Below, in pieces: positions 13,570 to 27,500 of a stretch of 64,000 nt of DNA (position 1 is the first letter of the stretch; the number at the start of each line of letters is the position of its first letter). The notes under the pieces were generated by a model. That model had not been told where the DNA came from. It saw only the letters and a list, made by a program, of their open reading frames with translations, and did not search any database. The stretch is taken from assembly GCA_951406725.2 (NCBI GenBank), contig OX597816.1, forward strand, positions 94,550,001-94,614,000, in the 5' to 3' direction. Source of the stretch: Octopus vulgaris. Taxonomy: Eukaryota. The position numbers and the translations under genes were made by a program.

Positions 13570-14580
13570 AGTTATATTCTCTCATCCTACAAGAAAGGTA
13601 ATTTAGGCATAGCTAAAAAGTATAGAGGAATTACTCTTATAGCAATAACACTAAAAATTTGCAACAAATTGTTTCTGGACCATATACCACCAGGATTCAG
13701 GAAAAATCTTATCAAGAAACCAAAGTAGGGTCAAGAAAAATTGGTCTACTTTTGGACAGATCTTAACTATTTGAGGGAGATGGAATTAAAAATCTACAGG
13801 TAGTCTTACTATTTGTAGACTTTTTAAAACCTTTCACCTGTGTCCACCAAGTTAAAAATGGAGAAAATTATTTTTACATGCTATATGTTTCAATAAGTTG
13901 TAGCAGTTGTGATGATGCTCTACAAGAACATAATTACTAAAGTATTATCACCTATGGAGACAAGAATTTATTCAACATAAATTCATTACCTTGCAGGGTA
14001 CCCTGTTGGCAACATTCCTATTTACTAAGTCCTTTGCACTTCAAATGACAAAATTAAAGAAATCAGTTTCGCTCTTAGAAAGTCCACCTCTCTTTATCAT
14101 CCATCCATAACAATAACACACTCAGATTATAGTGATGATATCACTCTTTGCAGACATCATCTCAGAAGCTACCCAAATTCCACATAATCTTTAAAAAGCA
14201 GCAGAATATATTGATTCATATGTCAATACTTCAAAGATTGAATACATCTGCTATAATTAGGAATCCACAATAAACACACAAAATTCTATAAAATCTGGAT
14301 TTTTTTCATACATTTTGGAAGCAACTTGGCATCATCAGAAAAAGATAAAACTTGTTTCATAAAGCATGGGCTGTTCTTTTGATGATCTATGTCATCTGAA
14401 AGTTGTTGCATTCTGATGGTCTTAAGAGAAGCTTCTAGGTCAATGTGGAATCAGTGTTATTTTACAAGCCCACTGCTTGAACACTCCCCAAACACCTGAA
14501 AGCAAGGCTTGATGGCATCTATACCAACATCAAGTTACCAGCCATTCTGAATGTCTCCTGGAACAACATCTAAACAAAGA
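13570..14580 (+). mobile_element. Degenerate non-LTR retrotransposon RT fragment (RTE/RTEX-like)
   Basis: Remnants of KYRGITL, STFGQIL, LLFVDF, LQGTLL and DYSDDI (gattatagtgatgatatc, ~14125); multiple frameshifts. Confidence 0.65.
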
Positions 14581-15704
14581 CTCTCTCTGACTAAACAAAG
14601 TCTCACTCTCTCACACACACACATATTTATAGACAAAATCTTGAAGTTCCATTCAACTTGATCCTCACTATAAATTTGACTTTACTCTCAGAGAGCCATC
14701 CCATCAATAAATGTTCCGCTATGTTTCTTAAACTTTGAAATAAAAACTGTATTTTAACATATATACAACAGGCATACAGACAGTTTCTGTGTACCAATTA
14801 AACTCACAAGGCATTGATTTCCCAAGACGCCTCACAGAGGGACTGAACTCATTACTTATAATGGTTTTTCTATGTCAGCATAAGTCTTTAGTATAGCTTG
14901 TCACCACACAACCTAATTCTGAGTCATATTAGTGTGTGAACTAACATGAAATTTGACCTTCATATTTCTCGTGTTTTGTTTGGCCTTTATTATGAATACA
15001 TCTTCCACAATCAGAACACGATGCCTTTTCACAGAATACTCATTGTTAGTTCACATTACATTCCCATAACAGCTCAGTTGTTTCTCTGGTATACATTAGT
15101 TGATACCTTTAATGTCCAGTCACAATCTTCATTTCATTTATATTCCTGTAAATAATAAAATTGCAAGTAAAGTTAGAGAAGAGGAAAAAAGACTTGCTCA
15201 ATAATACAATGGCATGTTGAAACTTCAGTTATTCCTCAATGAATTGTAAGTCATACAAATAGCTAATGGTAATTATTATCTATGTAAATTCTTCACAGCA
15301 GATGAGTTGCTCTGAAAATAAGTTCACGTTGTTAAGTTGTACCACTTTCTCAAAGGCTTCAGTAAACACATTTTATTAATTTCATTTTTACTTTATTTAT
15401 TTATTCTGTATATGTAGTAATAGTTGAGAATATCCGTAGAAACCATGATTAACGTGTCACATGTTATAGTGTGCTGTGATATAAACACTACACTAACCAT
15501 AGGAAGCTGATCAAAGTGCCATAAATGAATAAAATGTAGCCAAGGTAATTTCAAATTACATATGTTACCATATTTGCACCATGTAAATATTTATGTATAT
15601 GAAAACACACACACACTAAGCCCAATATATATGTTACTCTCTGAACAGAATGTTTATCCAGTTTTCTGCAATGTAAGAAGTTGAGAGTCATTTGATGAAT
15701 ATAA

Positions 15705-16030
15705 TCATCATCATCATTAAACAAAAAGTTTTCAATGCTGGCATAGGTTGGACGATTTGATTGGAGCTGGTAAGGCCAGGGGCTGCACCAGGCTCCATTG
15801 TCTGTTTTAGCATAGTTTCTATGGCTGGATGCCCTTCCTAATGCCAGTCACTCCACAGAGTGTACTGGGTGTTTTTTTTTTTTTTGTGACACCAGCACCT
15901 ATACTTTTTACGTGGCGCCAGCACTGGTATCAATTCTACTGTGGCAAACAAGTCTTCTTGAGTACAGCAAGGTGCCAAATATCTCAGTCCTTTGTCATTT
16001 CCATCGTAATGCTCAGTATCATGTATCTTT
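15705..16030 (-). mobile_element. 3' tail fragment of the RTE LINE family
   Basis: (ATC)n followed by catgctggcataggttggacg...ggctggatgcccttcctaatgcc. The same tail recurs at ~3050-3250, ~7575, ~10440, 21232, ~32600, 43800, 49942, 51080 and 56298. Confidence 0.8.
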
Positions 16031-16064
16031 CATCACACAATTTTATGGTAATCTGATATATGTA

Positions 16065-18060
16065 TATGAGGAATCTAAGACTGGCTACCCTTGGGAGCTC
16101 CTCTATGTTGATGACTTAGTTCTTATTGCTGAATCACAACCAGAACTAGAGAAGAGATTTCAGGTATGGAAGCACGGACTGGAATCTACAGACCTTTAGA
16201 GTTAATTTAGCAAACACCAAAGTATTGATAATTATTAAAACAGACAAATCACAGAACCCTTCTGGGAGATGGCCCTGCTTGATATGTAGAAAAGTTGTTA
16301 GGAGAAACTTCATAAGGTGTACCCAGTGCAAGCTATAGGCACATAAGAGGTGCAATGGTATCACTGGAAGACTAACAGAGAAAGCAGTCTTTACATGTGG
16401 AAGATGTGCAGGTACATTAAACACCAGGAATGTACAAAAACTAAACTCCCTCAAATGTCAGTGGGGAGTCCCTAGAAGTAGTAGATAGTTTCCATTAATT
16501 AGGTGACCGAGTTAGTAGTAGGGGAGGTTGTTCCAAAGGCATAGATGCTAGAATAAGAATAGGCTGTGCAAAGTTCAAGGAGCTACTACCTCTGTTAGTA
16601 GCAAAGGGCCTCTCCATCAGAGTGAAAGGTAAGTTGTATGATGTCTGTATGAACAACTATGCTACATGACAGTGAGACATAGGCTGTTACTACTGAGGAT
16701 ATGCATAGGCTTGAAAGAAATGAAACCAGTATGCTTCACTGTATGGGTAATGTCAGTGCACATATATGACAGTGTAAGTATTCTGAGAAAAACCTGGGTA
16801 TACAAGGCATCAGATATAGTGTGCAAGAGAGAACACTGCACTGGTACAGTTAGGTAATACATATGAATGAAGACAGTTGCATCAAGAGGTGCCAATTCCT
16901 AATTGTAGAGGGAAGATGTGGAAAGGGTAGACCCAGGAAGATGTGGGACAAATTGGTGAGAAATGATCTACAGACATTGGGACTCACAGAGGGGATGACA
17001 GGGGACTGAGACTCCTAGAAGTTTGCTATGCTCAAAAACACATGTCAAGCTAAGTAAAATTGTGGTTGCTCTTGCATCCCTTTCCAGCTGAGTATTCCTA
17101 ATCTTGCAGGCCTGTAGGTGCTGGTGCTACATAAAAAGCACCCATGCCAGTGCCATGTAAACGTACCCATACTGGTGCTGCATGAAAGCACCCAGTAGAC
17201 TCTAGAGTGGTTGGCATTAGGAAGGGCATCTAACCGTAGAAACCATGCCAAAACGTATGCCAAAGTTGTACATAAGAAGCATCAGATGTGGTGGTCATGT
17301 ATTGCATATGGATTAGGACAGCTGTGTGAAAAGTGTCACACCATAGCAGTAGAGGGAACCTGTGGAAAAGGTAGACCCAGGAAGACTTGGAATGAGGTGG
17401 TGAAGCATGACCTCTGAACATGGGCCTCACCAAGGTGATGATAAGTGACCGAGATCTTTGGAGATATGTTGTGCTTGAGAAGACCTGGCAAGCCAAGTGA
17501 GGCCATAAATGGCCTGTACCAGTGCAGCATAATCAACCCATTTAAGAGTACCCTTCAATCATTGGACAATAAACTGTGCTTGCGAAGCCTGTTGATTGGA
17601 ACCTATGCCAGTGGCAGATAAAAAGCACCATTCAAGCGTGGCCGATGCCAGTGCTGCCTGACTGGTCCCATGCTGGTGGCACATAAAAAACACCATTCGG
17701 GCGTGATTGTTGCCAGTACTGCCAGACTGGCTCCTGTGCTGGTGGCATGTAAAAAGCACCATTTGAGCGTGGCCGATGCCAGTGCTGCCTGAATGGTCCT
17801 GTGCCGGTGGCACATAAAAAGCACCATTTGAGCATGGTCATTGCCAGTGCCGCCTGACTGGCCCTCATGCTGGTGACATGTAAAAAGCACCCACTACACT
17901 CTTGGAGTGGTTGGCATTAGGAAGGGCATCCAGCTGTAGAAACTTTGCCAGATCGGATTGGAGCCTGGTGCAGCCTTCTGGCTTACCAGCCCTCAGTCAA
18001 ACCGTCCAACCCATGCCAACATGAAAAGTAGGCGTTAAACGATGACAATGATGATGATAA
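16065..18060 (+). mobile_element. 5'-truncated RTE-type LINE with rearranged 3' UTR and (GAT)n tail
   Basis: PWELLYVDDLVLIAES RT motif, SGRWPCLICRK..CTQCK Cys-rich segment and GKGRPRK C-terminus (present twice, ~16920 and ~17365); 3' UTR subrepeats; tail gatgacaatgatgatgat. Confidence 0.85.
17621..17890 (+). repeat. Tandem 65/66-bp subrepeats in the LINE 3' UTR
   Basis: cacc anchor recurs at 17626, 17691, 17757, 17822 and 17888. Confidence 0.85.
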
Positions 18061-21000
18061 CATGACTGGCATAACCATCACTATACTTGGCCTCATCACA
18101 ACATACACACATCTCTACCATCACATCTATTACACATACCACCATCACTACAAACATATCTATATCTTCCACTATTACAAAACCCTCCTCTACCATTTCA
18201 CATACCTGTTACCATTATTACTTCATTACACACATCACTCACTATCACTGCAATTACACACACACCTCCATTAGTTATACCACTATTACATACCTTACCA
18301 TCACTTAGTACAACTTCACAAACTAATGAAGGAGCCTATAAGTGGTTGTCAATTTGCTAGAAATAGTTACCAAATCTCACTCAAATCACTACACACACTG
18401 TAATAGAAGACATTGTGATCTTCAATTCCTTGCACATAGCAACACGTAAGAAAAAGTGGAATGTCCTTCATCACAGGTTTGTTCGATCAGGGTTGACCTG
18501 TGGCTAAATAAAGAACAGCAACAACAACTACAACTATAGCACAAATGCCCAGACTGACTCCATACAATAAACTACTCTTCAAAGAGTGCAGTGTAATCTT
18601 CATCTAAGTAGAGGTAAGTTATATTTGAAGTCCTGGGTCAGTAACTAGTTACCTACGAACTATATTTTTCAAATTCACTTGACCAGAGGTGACCAAGGCT
18701 ACACACCACAATCAAAATCAACACAGTTACTTAACCTGCTTGAGAAAAAAGTTAAATCCCTTTTGGATTGTACCCTACTGCCACTGAAATGCTCAAATAT
18801 ATAGAATACATGCTTCCTGAATATAATATGTCAGAATAGGATACATGCTTCCTGAATATAATATGTGAGAAAAGATAAAGCAGTTGCAAGTAGAACGTCA
18901 ATCAAATTTTAACACAGAAACAACATCATTAAACATACTACCACCATATCCTTTTCTACTAAATACTGCCATCACCACAACTAAATTACCACCATCTTCT
19001 AATATGTTTTCCCTTCTCAATGAATGTACTGAAAACGTTAATGAGATGAAGTATATGAATGTAGCCTTCCATATGTGGCAGCACACTCTTCAATGTAACA
19101 TCCCTTAATGTATATTCTTCACTCATTCTCCCTTAATCCCTTACTAATAATATACATGTATTCTCATACACATGCAGAGCCACACATTAGTATTCACACT
19201 TGGGAACACATATATGCAGAAAACCCCTCCAACACATGTATCCAGCAGTCACACAACTACAGATATTTCAAAGCATGCTTAGACATAGAAAAACAAACAC
19301 ACATGCATACAGGCAGACAGGTTCATACACCAAATGACCTAGACACATACCCACACATATCCATATTCTCACATTGCACTGTGCTGGAGTGTGTTCAACA
19401 GAGATGTTTACTACCATTTCCATTGAATGACAAGGACTGCCATTGTCAGGGTAAATAACAGTTATTGATGTTTCAGTAGTATAGGACAGAGTGAGAAGAG
19501 ATATCGGAAATATTTTTGCACTAAATAGTCAACATTCCACCACTATACTCAAGCATATTTATATGTTTAGCTGTTTTGTTGCCAGCCTTACTATATCATA
19601 ATTATGTTCAAAACAGCACATATGAAAGTGTCCAAAGTTAACCATCTAACCGTGAAATTATATTTCATGGTTATTCTAATAATGATGTTAAATACCTACC
19701 AAAAAAAAAGAGAACTGGTATTTTCTGTAAGTCACATTACCTCAATAAATTCAACATATCTCAACAAAAAATAGTTTCAAACATGGCATCCTCAACAAAA
19801 GATAGATTGGTATATAAAATTACTTTCTGCCATTCAGGATAAGAAAATTTTGAACAGATATATCTGATTGAAATTTCAGTTGGTAAAACTTCCATGAAAT
19901 GGTATTATTTAATAATCTTTTGTTGTTTACCAAATACCAACTTGCTTGAAAAGCAGCTAAATCTCCCTCGAAGAACACCCAACTATCTTGAAAAGAGAAT
20001 ACATTAGATAGTGTAGTACTACATATCACTAAAAAGACATGGTTAGACTATTTCAGATCAGGATTGATTGAGAGCAAGGCAACAGCCACTGAATAAAACA
20101 GGAGTATATTGGATTGTGAAAAAAGCAACATTTCCAGATAATTATATAATAATAATACTAATAATAATAATAATGAATGAAATTATTGTAAACTATTGGA
20201 TGTTAGGGTGTGTAGTATAGTCCTCAACTAGCATATCTGTAGAATTGGATTCACTGCACATAGGACCATAGTTCTGATAAACTGACAAGAGCTCAGCATT
20301 CAATAACCCCATCAAATTTTTTATCATTGTGGAAATAAAAAGGGCACAGGCAATTTATTACTGAGGTACAGAGATGAAAGTGAAGCTCTTTCAAGTAAAA
20401 CTTCAAATTTTCAGCATGCCATGCAGTTCTGCAAACAATGTGACATGTGCTTAGTCTGAGATAATGTAGAACTACTAATAAACTAAAAAGGATATTAACT
20501 AGTTTTACCCTTCACTTCCTACTATCATTCCCTAACCATACACCATCCACATGCAAAATCTGCATTGATTCCATTACAAAGATCTTGAAAACACCTTTCA
20601 ATGGGACCATGTCAACTTTGTCTCTTTTAACAATAAACCTCAAGCAATAATCACACAGAAAAAATACCATTGCACCATTGAGCACCACTCAATGACAGCC
20701 CTTGTAGTTACTCCACATGTTGGGCACCAACATCAACAGAGTATCTCAAGTGACAAAAGCACAGCCTTAGTATAGTCAGGATCACATCTCAAAGATTAGA
20801 CCTTCCCTCTAGGGCCAAGAGATATTTCAACCGCCATCAGCTGCTCTTTCTCTTCAAGATTCAAGTGAAACTCACAAAAGAGGACTGCTCCCACATTAGT
20901 GCTGCTATGCACAGAGTTTCTGAATCACATCCAGGGAGAGATCATTCAGCTGATTGACACTCCAGAGACAATCCAGTTTTCCCCACGGACATGCTGTCTC

Positions 21001-21231
21001 CTCTCTCGATCTTTTCTCTCACTATTTTAATGGCCTCTACCCTTCAGAGTTGGCTAGTCCCCTATCCATCCATACTAGTAATAACTAAATGAAATATTAT
21101 TCATGTTACATGTGAATGCAAATACATTGATGTTAAAAGGGTTAATACACTAAACTTCAGCTCTTTATATTGTTTTTCTTACTGATCTTACCACTTAGGA
21201 TTCTGAGCTTTCCTGAATTACAAGGAAAAAT

Positions 21232-22355
21232 CATCATCATCATCATCATCATCGTTTAACGTCCACTTTCCATGCTAGCATGGGTTGGATGATTTGACTA
21301 AAGACTGGTGAGCCAGATGGCTACACAAGGCTCCAAACTGATCTGGCAGAGTTTCTACAGCTGGATGTCCTTCCTCATGCGAACCACTCCGAGAGTGTAG
21401 AGGGTGCTTTTACATGCCACTGGTACGAGTGCCAGTCAAGCGGTACTGGCAATGGCCACGCTCAAATGGTGTTTTTTAATACCACCTGCACAGGAGCCAG
21501 TCCAGCAGCACTGGCAAGGACCTCGCTTGAATGTTTTTTCACGTGCCAGTAAGGCTACGCTGATAATGATTCCACACAAATAGTACTTTTTACATGCCAC
21601 CGGCATGGAAGCCAGTCAGCTGCACTAGCAACGATCATGCTTGGATGGTGCTCTTAGTGCTCCACTGGCACGGGTGCCAGTCATCGAATTTGATTCAATT
21701 TCGATTTCACTTGCCTCAACAGGACTTCGCAAGCAGAGTTTAGTGTCCAATGAAGGAAAGGTACATATAAGTGGGCTGGTTACACCCCTGGCATAGGCTA
21801 CGGGTTATGGTCTCACTTGGCTTGCCGGGTCTTCTCATGCACTGGCAACGATCATGCTAGGATGGTGCTCTTAGTGCTCCACTGGCACGGGTGCCAGTCA
21901 TCGAATTTGATTCAATTTCGATTTCACTTGCCTCAACAGGCCTTCGCAAGCAGAGTTTAGTGTCCAATGAAGGAAAGGTACATATAAGTGGGCTGGTTAC
22001 ACCCCTGGCATAGGCTACGGGTTATGGTCTCACTTGGCTTGCCGGGTCTTCTCATGCACTGCATATTTCCAAAGGTCATGATCACTAGTCATTGCCTCGG
22101 TGAGGCCTAATGTTCGAAGGTCGTGCTTTGCCACCTCATCCTAGGTCTTCCTGCGTCTACCTCTTCCACAGGTTCCTTCAACTGCTAGGGTGTGGCACTT
22201 TTTCACACAGCTATCCTCATCCATTCTCACCACATGACCATACCAGTGCAGTCGTCTCTCTTGCACACCACATCTGATGCTTCTTAGGTCCAACTTTTCT
22301 CTCAAGGTACTTCCACCCTGTCAAGTATGCACACTGACATTACACATCTAGCATG
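21232..22355 (-). mobile_element. 3' portion of the RTE LINE with an internal 217-bp tandem duplication
   Basis: (ATC)n tail at 21232; remnant GTCGRGRRRKT near 22150; 21624-21840 repeated at 21841-22057. Confidence 0.85.
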
Positions 22356-23036
22356 TTTTTTTGTAATTGAATAATTATTTAAATTCTTACTAATCAAGAA
22401 AATTTCATTGAAATTAAACCTGAAATCATAGAACAAGGCTGTATTGACAGAGGACTAGACAACTAAGAAGTTAATGTTTCATGTCCTATTACCAGTACTA
22501 TTTTTTGTTTATTTTTTTTTGCTTTTGGCGGGAGGGGAAGTATCCATAGCTTTCTCAAATCCTCTGAGACCAGTATATATTTGATGTTATTAACATTCCA
22601 TCTTTGTATAGTGGCATGGGTTGAACAAGTCAGAAGTATGGCATGGCATTCATTGCCTTCATTCTATGTTATTTCAATTATGAATTTCAACATCCTCAGG
22701 TCTGATTTCACATCATCACAGACCTTTAATTAAGGCATCTTCCAGTTATTAAGTGTTTTTATTTATCATACCTTATTACAAGTGATGCAGCTGACCAGTG
22801 CCTGAAGGTTCATTTACAGCTGTTGGTAAAAATATACTCAATGTGTAACTGATATATAGTTGCCAACAGCCCAGTCTACTTAGATGTAAATAAGTATCCT
22901 GCAGGATACTGTTTACTGAGATAAGAACCAGTACCACAGTATAGTTGCTAAGTATTTTATTAGGTTGCACTGCTCAACAAAAATACTTCCATGTACGCAT
23001 AAAAAAATACAGCTGAAAATTGCATGTGAGGTTTTA

Positions 23037-23236
23037 AGAGGCGGGTGCTGAAAAGTTCCTGGTTTTTGGGTAAAAGAAAATACAATACAATGATTTTATT
23101 CAAGATACACTCCTCTCAGATTCACACACTTATTGTAGCAGTCCCTCAGTGTTTCTAAGCCCCGTAGAAGAAGGTTAGGTGTCTAAGCAGGCCTATCATG
23201 ATACCTTTAAGACAGGAACTTTACAGCACCCTTTTG
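23037..23236 (-). mobile_element. ~200-bp mariner-derived MITE
   Basis: TA-flanked TIRs (gggtgctgaaaagttcctg / caggaactttacagcaccc); minus strand encodes GLETLRDCYNKCVNLRGVYLE*, resembling a mariner transposase C-terminus. Confidence 0.75.
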
Positions 23237-25499
23237 TAAGTAGCTTTCCAATAACTTAACAGATAATGGAATTGCATGTGAATTATATCATGCTCAAACA
23301 ACAATTATTTATTGCTGCACATAATTCAATAATCATATAATTAATTGAATTATGAAAAATTGTAGTAGTAACAATATCAACAATAATAAAAAAAAAAAAT
23401 GAAAGTTTAAAAAATAACTCCAGAAACAAATTAGCGAGTTAATAAATTTTATTTATCATTTATCATGGTGATGGTAGCAGCAGCAATATTAAAATATTTA
23501 TTACGAAAAAGAAAGTTATTACTTACAACTGTAAAGGCAAGCATGGAATAAAATGGCAGATTAGAGTAAATAAATATAGTCAAAAAATACATCAATGAGG
23601 ATAAAAGATAGAAATATGAAAAGTTCTAAACTAACATCAAAAATATCTAGATAATTTTCAAAAAACAACTTTTTACACAAAAGATGTATGATATAGTTAT
23701 AAAATGGAGTAATATACCAACTATGGACAATAGAAAAAATGGCCCAACTACAAAAATACTTTTATAATATCATAGAGATATGCATCATTTTGAATATACA
23801 ACTAAAATATTGTTTTAAATGTTAAGTATGAAATATATACACATGTATATAATATTAATTACACACACGCACACACATACACACACAACATGCACAGACA
23901 CACATATAATACTATTATTGTTTAATTGGAAGTAAATTTTGATATGAATTTTTATGTGCTATTGCAGCACAGAGTTTGCATGCTAGAGAAAAAGAATACA
24001 ATAAACTCTTCGTGGACTACAAGTCTCGAAAGAGCCACTGCTCAAATTAGGTTTCTGCAGTGTTATCCCTTTTTAGATGTTGTACTGTCATAGGGAAGTC
24101 TCCTTAAAAAGTGAGCACTGAAAAAAAAAAAAAAAAAAAAAAAATAGCAAATCTGGAATTAAGTGTCTTAGCAAAAAAAAAAAAAAAAAGGCCAGTGGGA
24201 TATAAACACACAAATGGGTTGTTTGTTTCTTCCATTTTAAGTGTTCTTGAGATTCAAAGAAGACAGAGAGATGGTTGCCAAAACAACAAAAACAAGCTAA
24301 GTACATGAATAATCTGTTTTAAAGATGAAAAAGAAACGTAAGATTCTCATTTTGTAACAGGCTGATATTCTCTTCCAAATGAAGGGAAAAGTCCATGGCT
24401 ATCACAGTAGACTAGAAGACTGTCAAAGAAAATTAAAATATGATTGAATGGATGATAAATGGAAATAATTTCAAGATAAAAATAATTTATATATCACATA
24501 GCAGGTGACATGTTATATATTTATATCATGTAGTGTTATTATCACACAGTGAGTTGGGTGTTGTGTGCTTTATATATCCCAAAGTGTGTTATATGGTACA
24601 ACATGCTATACTTCATACAGTATATATCACACAGTTTAAAAAGTCAAATGTATTTATGTGTACACATCACACGAGTTCTTTCATCATATACTGCATATTT
24701 GAATGGTAGAGTTAATTCCTTGCCCAGTTTAACACTACTACCTGGCCTTTGGATACCTTTAGCCAAATTTACTGTTTTAAACATTTAGGGTAGCTTTCCA
24801 ATCAGAGGATAACTTCCTCTTACCAGTCCTAGAGGACCTCAAAAGGGTTATAGGTGCTTCCCTATTTCCTTTGGCAATACTAAAAAAAAAAAGATATATA
24901 TATATATATATAGTAGTACAGTCTATACATCATTTAGTATATTATTAATCACACACATTGTATCATGACATAGTAATACATATTTCATTATATATCATGA
25001 CACACATCACATATTTCATTATATATCACATAGTATATATTAAAAGTCAGCATGTTACATATTCCTCTTTGTGTTATCTGTTTTAAGTTTCATTTGTAAC
25101 AGAGAGAGAAATTACTTATAAACAAAATTTTACTTGTATATTCGACATTGACAGAGATAGTAGAATGGTTAACATACCACTACAGATGTCAGCATAAAAA
25201 AGTGAGATTTAAAACTATTATCACAAAACATTCCAAGACACTTTAAGTAAAAACTACTAAAATTGTTTAGTGCAAGTCTAAAGACGAAAAATAATTGAAA
25301 GTGTACAGGTAGGTCAATTCAAATTTTCAATATCAATTTGGTGTGTGAGATTATAAGTTGAAGTTAGATATAAACTGAAGATTCAGTGTATTTCATGTCA
25401 ATATGATTCTTTTGGTAACACTATCTTAACACAACCATGCCATTATGGTGTTGAGGATAACAACAAGGAAATAATAACAACTGTTAGAATGATAATAAT

Positions 25500-26385
25500 G
25501 ATTTCTCATTTAAGTACAAGCCCAGTCATTTTGAAGGGGAATTGGTTTGTCAAGACCACTGAACCCCAGTGTTTGACTAATACTTTATTTTATTGATCCC
25601 GGAAGAATGAAAGGCAAAATAAACCTCAGTGGTATTTTAACTCAGAATGTTAAGAGCCCAAAGAAATGTCACAGAGCATTTTGTCCATTCCAATAATTTT
25701 AACCATAATAATTTCTTTTTATCAAGAAAGACCAGAAACTTGAGGGAGGGAGCAGTTGATTATATCAATGAGTACTCAGCTGCTAGTTTATTTTATCAAC
25801 CTCAAAAAGATGAAAGGCAAAGTTGACTTTGGTGGGATTTGAACTTAGAACATAAAAAGCCATAACTAAATATCACAAGGCAGTTTGTCAAACACTGAAA
25901 CAGATTTACCAATCTACTACTCCAGAATGATAATAATAATTCTTTCTATTGAAGGCACAAGGCCTGAAATTTTATGGGAAAGGACTAGTCAATCACATCA
26001 ACTCCAGTGTTTCACTGGTACTTAATTTATCGACCCCAAAAGGATGAAAGGCAAAGTCGACCTGGATGGCATAATAATAATAATCAGGTAAATGGATATA
26101 GCTGATAAAGTTAAATCAGTACTTAACTCAAACTTTATTTTCTCAACTCACATAGAATGAAAGTCAAATTTGAACTTGGCAGGATTCGAACATAGAATAT
26201 AAAGGAAAACAACTACTAACTGCAATTTTGTCTAGCACTCTGTGATTTCATTGCCCTTAACCTAAAAATAATTATTTCAAATTCAGGCACAAAGCCAACT
26301 GTTTTGAGAGGAGGAGGATGCTAGTTAATTCATTAATCCCAGTATTAAACTGGTACTTTATTTTTATCAATGCACCCAAAAGGCT
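25500..26385 (-). mobile_element. Head-to-tail cluster of ~5 family-C (Nin-like) SINE copies
   Basis: gatgaaaggcaaagt-like motif at ~25605, ~25810, ~26043 and ~26155; truncated copy ~26270-26385; copies separated by (AAT)n. Confidence 0.75.
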
Positions 26386-26639
26386 TAGTTGCAAAAGTGC
26401 TTGTGTGGGAATGAGTAAGAAAGGACCCATGCACTCTGGATAGTTAAGATACAACAATTCATTAATTTAATTAAGTTTTTATTAGCAGTTTATTGTTTTT
26501 ATGCTTTACATAATCAGAGTCCATCTCCTTGCAAATCTGCATTTGATCTTTTCCAAGATCATGTTGCAAAGCATCTAATAAAAAATCTATCAGTTGATCA
26601 TTCACTATATATGTAAAAAATTACAAGTTTCCAGAGGGA

Positions 26640-27500
26640 GATGGCGTCCTTCACACATTCCACTCACCTTCCTTAAGGAGGTAAACTTCGCTTTTTAAGG
26701 GTCTTTTTCTTTTTTGATTTTACTCTTTCCACTGACTTTGATAGTCTTTCACCTCATTCCATTGTTTATCTGCTCTATATCACAAAACAATGGGATTGTG
26801 TTGTTAATCAAGGCAGGAGGAGAGGAGTCCTTGATTGCTAGCTTTTAAGAGGTGGTCTATTCTGCTATTTTGGTAACCTTGACAAGTGGTGCTTTGGAAA
26901 AAGGAATTTCAGTGGCCTGCTATTGTTGACACTGTCTCTGCTGTTCCTGATTCTTGAATTCTTCCAGAAAGAGCTGCTGAAAAGGACCTTATTGTCACAC
27001 AAGCAGCTTGGCTTCTACCTTGCATTGCCAGTCTCACTGATGTTATTTCTGCACCCCCAGTTTGGTACAGCTCTGAATTGGCCCTGCAGGCTTTGGGGAT
27101 CATTAAGACTTGGATATCTACATAAACCTCTCCTGCCCATACCATTTCTAGTCACTTCTGCACTCACACATATCCATACTGTTTTGCAAAAGGTAGTCAT
27201 CAATTTAGCTTGCTTTCTTGCTCTGTCCTCAGTTTAAACAAACCAGGCCTTAAGCCTTATTTCAACCATGAGAAGAGACATCACTTCAGACACTGGTTAT
27301 GGCAAACCTCCAGATGTTGCTTTAAGGGCATAAAAAAAAGCCTTTTTTTTTCAGGTGGTAGTGGTGGTGGAAAGTTGTGATGCAAAGATATGTGACTTCC
27401 TTCTTGTTTGCTCTTGAGTAAAGTCATCAGGTAGGGAGGTATATAATATTTTAGTTACATATTTCTGCTATGTAGATTTTTCTCTGCTTGGTCACATATA
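26640..27500 (-). mobile_element. Possible degenerate LINE ORF1 (gag-like) remnant
   Basis: Higher-GC island with broken frames; 26909-27145(-) WAGEVYVDIQ..IP..MQGRSQAAC loosely resembles the L1/Tx1 ORF1 region before a zinc knuckle. Weak. Confidence 0.3.

Noticed and set aside
17559-17890. Regularly spaced repeats resembling a CRISPR array, plus repetitive ORFs
   Set aside because: The spacers are themselves homologous, the context is a eukaryotic LINE 3' UTR, and there are no cas genes.
18062-18308. His/Thr/Tyr-rich ORFs
   Set aside because: Low-complexity CA/CT-rich sequence adjoining a LINE tail; no splice or coding support.
18804-18870. 35-bp tandem duplication (also a 15-bp one at ~28120-28147)
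   Set aside because: Ordinary slippage duplications with no further structure.
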